Positions 59,301-64,000 of a stretch of DNA of 64,000 bases are shown in pieces. Below the pieces are notes generated by a model. The model was not told where the DNA came from. It ran no database searches and saw only the letters and a list, made by a program, of their open reading frames with translations. The translations under genes were made by a program, and so were the position numbers. The DNA is from Candidatus Woesebacteria bacterium UBA1430 (lineage in GTDB: Bacteria > Patescibacteriota > Microgenomatia > UBA8517). Location: the NCBI GenBank assembly GCA_002329465.1, contig DCTW01000004.1, positions 2,933-66,932 on the forward strand, read 5' to 3'. How positions within the stretch are numbered: position 1 is the stretch's first letter; the number at the start of each line of letters is the position of its first letter.

Positions 59301-62300
59301 TAAAGCTTGTCATATTCATCCTCCGTCAAAAATCCATACTTTTTAATATCTTTAATAAGCTGTTTAATTTTCTGAAAAAGGTCATCTGTCTTCTCAATCG
59401 AACTTTTTTCTTCCTCAGCAATTGAAGTTGTCTTCTTTCGCAATCCCAAATCCACCTCACCCAACGCCAAAGCGAGCTGGTCCTTGTCTTTAACTCTGGA
59501 CTTAACACGCTCTTTTCGCTCCTTTGCATCTGTTTCTACAATCTGCTTTTGATCTCGGTATATATCTCTTATCTCCTTTATCTTCTCAACATGAATATTT
59601 TCAATATTCTTAAGCGCCTCTTTTCTCAATTCCTCATCAACACTCATAACCATATATCTGGCAAAATAAACAACCTGTTCAACCGCCCGAGGCGGAAGCC
59701 CAAGAAGAAGTGAAACTTTCGATGGTGCACCTTTAAAGTACCAAACATGGACAACCGGTGCCGCAAGTTCAATATGGCCCATTCTTTCTCTTCTAACCCT
59801 AGACTCTGTTACTTCAACACCGCACTTATCACATACAACACCTTTGTATCTGATTCTTTTATATTTACCGCAATAACATTCATAATCCTTTGTAGGACCG
59901 AATATTCTCTCGTCAAAAAGACCGTCTTTTTCAGGCTTTAACGTTCTATAGTTAATAGTCTCGGGTTTTATAACTTCACCCCTAGACCAAGCTCTTATTT
60001 CCTCAGGTGAAGCAAGTTTAATCTGTAAAGAAGTAATATCATCCAAGCTCTTAAGTACAGCCAAAGGGTCCATTTTTTGGTCACTTTTTATCTCCATACT
60101 TTCCAATTCCCGGCCATTTTCCTCTTCACCTTCCTCTTTCATTGCAACTCTTCCCTCAATATTCACGGACAATCCAAGTGAATTAAGCTCCCTAATCAAT
60201 ACTTTAAAGCTCTCAGGAACCCGTGCCTCAGGAATAGGCTCGCCCTTCACTATTGCACCAAAAGCCTGGGCACGCCCAATAATGTCATCTGACTTAATTG
60301 TAAGCATCTCTTGCAAAGCATAAGCAGCCCTATGAGCTTCAAGCGCCCAAACCTCCATCTCACCAAGTCTTTGTCCACCCATTTGTGCCTTTCCGCCTAA
60401 AGGCTGTTGTGTCACTAGCGAATATGGTCCTGTCGAACGAGCATGGGTTTTATCCTCAATCATGTGCTTAAGTTTAAGGATATAACCCACACCGACCACA
60501 GTATTCTCCTCAAAAGCTTCACCTGTCCTACCGTCAAAAAGCTTTGCTTTACCGTCAACCGGAAGCCCCGCTGATTTAAGCTCTTTTGTAATTACATCCT
60601 CGGATATACGGTCAAAAACCGGTATCGCGCCTTTCTCGCCCTTTTTGCTCAAAGCCCATCCAAGATGAGCTTCAAGAAGCTGTCCCAAATTCATACGAGC
60701 CAACACAGATAATGGAGAAATAATTATGTCAACCGGAGTTCCGTCTTCCAAATATGGCATATCCTCCTCTGGAAGAATACGTGCAATCACACCTTTATTT
60801 CCATGCCTACCGGCTAATTTATCTCCAACCATCACCTTTCTAAGCTGCGCAACTTTTACGATCACGCTTTTTATCACCCCTGGACCCAGCTCGTCACCCT
60901 TATCTTTATCTAAAATATTCACATCAACAACTATACCGCCTTCTCCATGTGGAACTCTCAAAGAAGTGTCCCTAACTTCACGAGCCTTCTCTCCAAAAAT
61001 AGCTCTTAGAAGCCTCTCTTCTGAGGTTAATTCCGTCTCACCTTTAGGCGCAATTTTTCCAACCAGAATATCGTTCGGCCCCACCTCAGCACCTATCACA
61101 ACAATCCCGTCCTCAGCAAGATTAGCGAGCTCCTGCTCGGCAACGTTTGGAATATCCCGAGTCAACTCCTCAGGACCCAATTTAGTTTCTACAACATCCG
61201 CTTGATATTCCTTAATATGAACCGATGTCAAAAGATCATCCTTTACAAGTTTGCTGGAAACCAAAATTGCGTCCTCAAATCCATATCCTTCAAAACTTGC
61301 ATAAGCTACAACCAAATTCTGCCCCAAAGCAAGCTCTCCCGATTCGCAAGAAGGTCCGTCTGCTAAAAGATCTCCCTTTTTAACCTTCGCTCCAACATTT
61401 ACTACTGCCTTCTGATTATAAGACGTTGACTGCGAAGTTCTCTTAAACTTAGTCAAAAAATAAGTTATCTTTTTACCGCCGTCGCTTATCTCAATATTAG
61501 CTCCATAATTTCCATTACTCTCAATTTTCTTTTCAAGCTTCACATCAATCCGCTCAGCATCAACATGCGTTACCGTCCCGGGATAAAAAGCCCTTATTAC
61601 CCTACCCATCGCTCCGGCCACAATCTCCTCCATACCTGTACCCACAACTGGCGAGGAAGGTCTGATCAAAGGAACGGCCTGACACTGCATATTGCTACCC
61701 ATAAGAGCTCTATTCCCATGGTCATTTGGCAAAAATGGAATCAAGGCAGCAGAAGCGCCAAACACCTGCCTGGGGGTCAAATCAATTAAATCAACCAGAC
61801 TGGAAGGCCCCTCCACAAAAGTCCCTTTATACCTATAAGCAAGTCTTTTTTCTTGGATAAACCCACGCTTATCAAACGTGACATCTGAATGAGTAATGTG
61901 ATAATTCTCTTCATCATCAGCCGTTAAATAAACCGTCTCATCAGTTACCCTTACCTCGGTTTTTCCTTTTACCTTTACCTTTTCTGCTTTTCTATAAGGA
62001 GATTCAATAAAACCATATTCATTTATATGAGCATATAAAGCAAGATATGTAACAAGTCCAATATTCGGGCCCTCAGGACTTCTTACAGGATCAATCCTTC
62101 CATATTGGGAAGAATTAATATCACGTATTGAAAACGAAGCCCTTTCTCGATTTATACCCCCAGGACCCAAAACCGATACGCGCCTGAGATTATCAATCTC
62201 GCTTAAAGGATTTGTGTCATCAAGTATCGTCGAAAGTTGATTTGACCTAAAAAACTCGTTAATTGAAGCAATCAAAGGTCTTGCATTAATAAGATTCTGA

Positions 62301-63391
62301 GGCTGAGGTTTATCGTCTGGTGAAATAAGGCTCATCTTCTCCTTAACGGATCTTTCAAGCCTCAAAAGTCCCACTCTAAATGCATGAGTAGCTACAAGCT
62401 CGCCAACTCTTCTTAATCTTCTATTCGCAAGGTGATCAATATCGTCAATTTCACCCACACCGTTTTGAAGACCGACCAAATAAGATATTGTGTTTACAAA
62501 GTCCTCTTTTATCAAAACCCAATTTTGTTCATCATTCGGAACATCCTGCCCAAGCTTCTTGTTTATCTTATATCTCCCCACACGACCCAGGTCATACCTT
62601 CTGTGATCAAAAAACAAACTATTAAACAAACCCTCGGCATTTTCCAAAACAGCCGGCTCACCCGGTCTTAACTTCCTGTAAATTTCCAAAAGCGCTTCTT
62701 CGCGAGTCGAAGATAAATCTTTTGCCAAAGTTGTTTTTATGTACTGATGTTCTTTGTTTGTATCTACATCCGTAAATAAATTCAAAATATCCTTGTTATT
62801 TTCATAACCAAGTGCACGAAGAATTGTAGCCGCATTTATTTTTCTTCTTTTATCAATTCTTGCCCATATAACATCGTTTTTATTTATTTCAAACTCAAGC
62901 CAACTACCACGAAGAGGCCTTACTTCAGCCATATAAAGCATCCTCCCGGAAGTTGTATCCTGTTCTCCCGAAAAATAAACACCGGAGGATCTTACAAGCT
63001 GATTAATGACGGTTCTTTCTATGCCGTTTATAATAAACGTCCCGGAAGCCGTCATTTGGGGGAGATTGCCCAAGAACACCTCTTGGTCAATCCTCTCACC
63101 GGTATTTTTATTAATCAGACTCGTCTGAATCTTAAACGGAGCCGAATATGTCAAACCTTTTTCAATAGCACTCTTTGGAGTAATTTCAGGCTCCTCAAGC
63201 GTATGCTCGCCCAAAACAAGCTGCCAATTCTTTCCGGTAAAATCGTCAATAGGACTTATGTGAGAAATTTCAGAAGCAATTCCCTCCGACAAAAACCACT
63301 GCCAGCTCTCTCTCTGAATAAGAGATAGATCAAGCTCTGGCAGGTTTTTCTCCTCTTTACCAAAATTACGCCGCTTATTGTTATCCGCCAT
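56363..63391 (-). CDS. rpoBC: Fused RNA polymerase beta/beta' subunits
   Basis: Single 2342-aa ORF with beta motifs (GDKLAGRHGNKG, GQRLGEMEVWALE) followed in frame by beta' motifs (CYCGKYK, NADFDGDQM, GLPRVEELFE). Confidence 0.93.
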   Translation of the reverse strand: MADNNKRRNFGKEEKNLPELDLSLIQRESWQWFLSEGIASEISHISPIDDFTGKNWQLVLGEHTLEEPEITPKSAIEKGLTYSAPFKIQTSLINKNTGERIDQEVFLGNLPQMTASGTFIINGIERTVINQLVRSSGVYFSGEQDTTSGRMLYMAEVRPLRGSWLEFEINKNDVIWARIDKRRKINAATILRALGYENNKDILNLFTDVDTNKEHQYIKTTLAKDLSSTREEALLEIYRKLRPGEPAVLENAEGLFNSLFFDHRRYDLGRVGRYKINKKLGQDVPNDEQNWVLIKEDFVNTISYLVGLQNGVGEIDDIDHLANRRLRRVGELVATHAFRVGLLRLERSVKEKMSLISPDDKPQPQNLINARPLIASINEFFRSNQLSTILDDTNPLSEIDNLRRVSVLGPGGINRERASFSIRDINSSQYGRIDPVRSPEGPNIGLVTYLALYAHINEYGFIESPYRKAEKVKVKGKTEVRVTDETVYLTADDEENYHITHSDVTFDKRGFIQEKRLAYRYKGTFVEGPSSLVDLIDLTPRQVFGASAALIPFLPNDHGNRALMGSNMQCQAVPLIRPSSPVVGTGMEEIVAGAMGRVIRAFYPGTVTHVDAERIDVKLEKKIESNGNYGANIEISDGGKKITYFLTKFKRTSQSTSYNQKAVVNVGAKVKKGDLLADGPSCESGELALGQNLVVAYASFEGYGFEDAILVSSKLVKDDLLTSVHIKEYQADVVETKLGPEELTRDIPNVAEQELANLAEDGIVVIGAEVGPNDILVGKIAPKGETELTSEERLLRAIFGEKAREVRDTSLRVPHGEGGIVVDVNILDKDKGDELGPGVIKSVIVKVAQLRKVMVGDKLAGRHGNKGVIARILPEEDMPYLEDGTPVDIIISPLSVLARMNLGQLLEAHLGWALSKKGEKGAIPVFDRISEDVITKELKSAGLPVDGKAKLFDGRTGEAFEENTVVGVGYILKLKHMIEDKTHARSTGPYSLVTQQPLGGKAQMGGQRLGEMEVWALEAHRAAYALQEMLTIKSDDIIGRAQAFGAIVKGEPIPEARVPESFKVLIRELNSLGLSVNIEGRVAMKEEGEEENGRELESMEIKSDQKMDPLAVLKSLDDITSLQIKLASPEEIRAWSRGEVIKPETINYRTLKPEKDGLFDERIFGPTKDYECYCGKYKRIRYKGVVCDKCGVEVTESRVRRERMGHIELAAPVVHVWYFKGAPSKVSLLLGLPPRAVEQVVYFARYMVMSVDEELRKEALKNIENIHVEKIKEIRDIYRDQKQIVETDAKERKERVKSRVKDKDQLALALGEVDLGLRKKTTSIAEEEKSSIEKTDDLFQKIKQLIKDIKKYGFLTEDEYDKLYGYGVADFVEVKMGAEAVLEVLKSINLEELSKEIRKELKEIKGKGPRYVKLTKRLKIIDGMRDAKIDPSWMILKVLPVLPPDLRPMVQLSGGRFATSDLNDLYRRVINRNNRLKHLISLGAPEIILRNEKRMLQESVDSLIDASQRKATRRGRGRQPLRSLSDMLRGKQGRFRQNLLGKRVDYSGRSVIVVGPELKLNQCGIPKEMALEIAKPFVLREMISRGIAPNVKSAKNMLERRPSEVFDILEEITKNHPVLLNRAPTLHKLGFQSFYPVLIEGNAIRLHPAVCKGYNADFDGDQMAVHLPLSKNAIRESIELMMSDKNMLRPADGSPMAAPASKEIALGLYFLTSLDERITKSNVIFSDFNEVILAYGLSKVNLRQKISVRYNGKIIETTPGRILFNEILPPQFDYVNENVSSDVIKRIIDDAFSKVTHEELVGMIDDIKDLGFMGGTISGLSFGITDAIVHPEKDKIIERANKRVSDVESNFAQGLITREEKKRLTESIWIETTEEIADKTWDLVDPIGSIRMVIDAKVGRTSREQIKQLSGMIGLVVDPLGKVVELPVKSNFREGLSVYEYVNGSRGARKGLTDTALKTADAGYLTRRLVDVAHDVIVREEDCGAEEGLLVTRSSRPKVFLRRIVGRVAANDIKDAKGKVIVAKGEIIEETKLSDIEKADISQVSIYSPLTCNSRYGVCRKCYGWDLSTKKLVDIGTPVGVLAAQSIGEPGTQLTMRTKHSGGVVGVDVTQGLPRVEELFESRNPKIQSSLAEISGKVKIEETEVGWNVIIRNSGAKPPEEREYFVPKTQKLMVEDGENVEVGVQLSSGYLDIKEILLIKGLKAAQEYLVTELQAVYESQGIPINDRHFEVIVRKMSDEVKIITAGDTDLLPGEQTEKAKFEEENERVLAAGGEAATASQIILGITRRAMYTESWLSAASFQQTTDVLSDSALMGRTDKLIGLKENVIIGRLIPVSPERAML

Positions 63392-63479
63392 GAGGTATAT
63401 AATATTCCTTTTTTTTGGGAGTAAATAAAATGCCCGCCGCCGCGAGCCAATTTAGCCTACTCCAGTACGCCTAGTCTGA

Positions 63480-63507
63480 ATTATACTAAAGACAAATTAC
63501 ATGTCAA
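63480..63507 (-). promoter_or_regulatory. Consensus sigma70 promoter for rpoBC (TTGACA-16 bp-TATAAT)
   Basis: -35 at 63507-63502, -10 at 63485-63480. Confidence 0.75.
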
Positions 63508-63527
63508 GTACAAACTATAAGTTACCA

Positions 63528-64000
63528 TCAACGTAAATATTTGTCTACATTGTCATTATGCTCTTCAAGCGTCTTTGCAAAATGTATATTTCCCTCTAAA
63601 TCATGAACATAAAACCAATACTCATTATCTCTATAATTTAAAACCGCCTCCAAAGAAGAAAGACCGGGATTCGCAATCGGAGAAGGAGGAAGCCCCGCAT
63701 ATTTATATGTATTGTAAATCGACAAAGAACCCAAATCTTCTTTGGTTAATGGCCTTGGCCACCAATCACAATCTTCTAACTCCCGCCCTCTACAACGTTC
63801 GCTGGCAACGGCATACTGAACGGTCGCATCAGCATCCAAAGTCCAGCCGGATTCAATCCTTTTCATATAAACACCGGCAACATCTTCCCGTTCGTCGAAA
63901 TTCCGGGTCTCTCTTTCAACAATAGAAGCCAGAGTAACAATTTCATCTAAACTAAGCTTCGTTGAATGCGTACCTATGTCAAACTTTTTATCAAAAGTAT
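63528..64000 (-). CDS. mltG: Endolytic transglycosylase MltG (5' part outside window)
   Basis: Frame open to the window edge: TLASIVERE, DATVQY, YNTYKYAGLPPSPIANPG. Confidence 0.92.
   Translation of the reverse strand, partial: TFDKKFDIGTHSTKLSLDEIVTLASIVERETRNFDEREDVAGVYMKRIESGWTLDADATVQYAVASERCRGRELEDCDWWPRPLTKEDLGSLSIYNTYKYAGLPPSPIANPGLSSLEAVLNYRDNEYWFYVHDLEGNIHFAKTLEEHNDNVDKYLR

Overview
Genome segment from a Patescibacteria/CPR bacterium, probably Microgenomates (inferred from the absence of rpmD, AspRS without a GAD domain, truncated Rel and very compact intergenic regions). About 36-64 kb is the core transcription/translation supercluster on the minus strand: a fused rpoB-rpoC ORF, str, S10, spc and alpha operons, and rplM-rpsI. 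About 1-10 kb and 17.7-36 kb hold housekeeping genes, RNase P RNA and tRNA-Pro(GGG). An accessory island at about 10.1-17.7 kb carries a complete diversity-generating retroelement (DGR). Its RT (14702/14776-15900) and avd (15897-16262) are on the plus strand; its template repeat (16262-16400) and a DUF1566/CLec-type secreted target (16610-17644, VR 16612-16750) are on the minus strand, and all 15 TR/VR differences fall at TR adenines. The RT 5' end contains an (AC)11 tract that leaves the probable true start codon out of frame by one repeat unit, a candidate phase-variable ON/OFF switch for hypermutation. A collapsed, diverged second DGR cassette (12664-13100 plus a VR stub at 14645-14680) brackets two toxin-antitoxin modules. 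Other oddities include EF-G with NKLN at G4, a tlyA gene without S4 domain inserted in the S10 operon, and many probably leaderless promoters.
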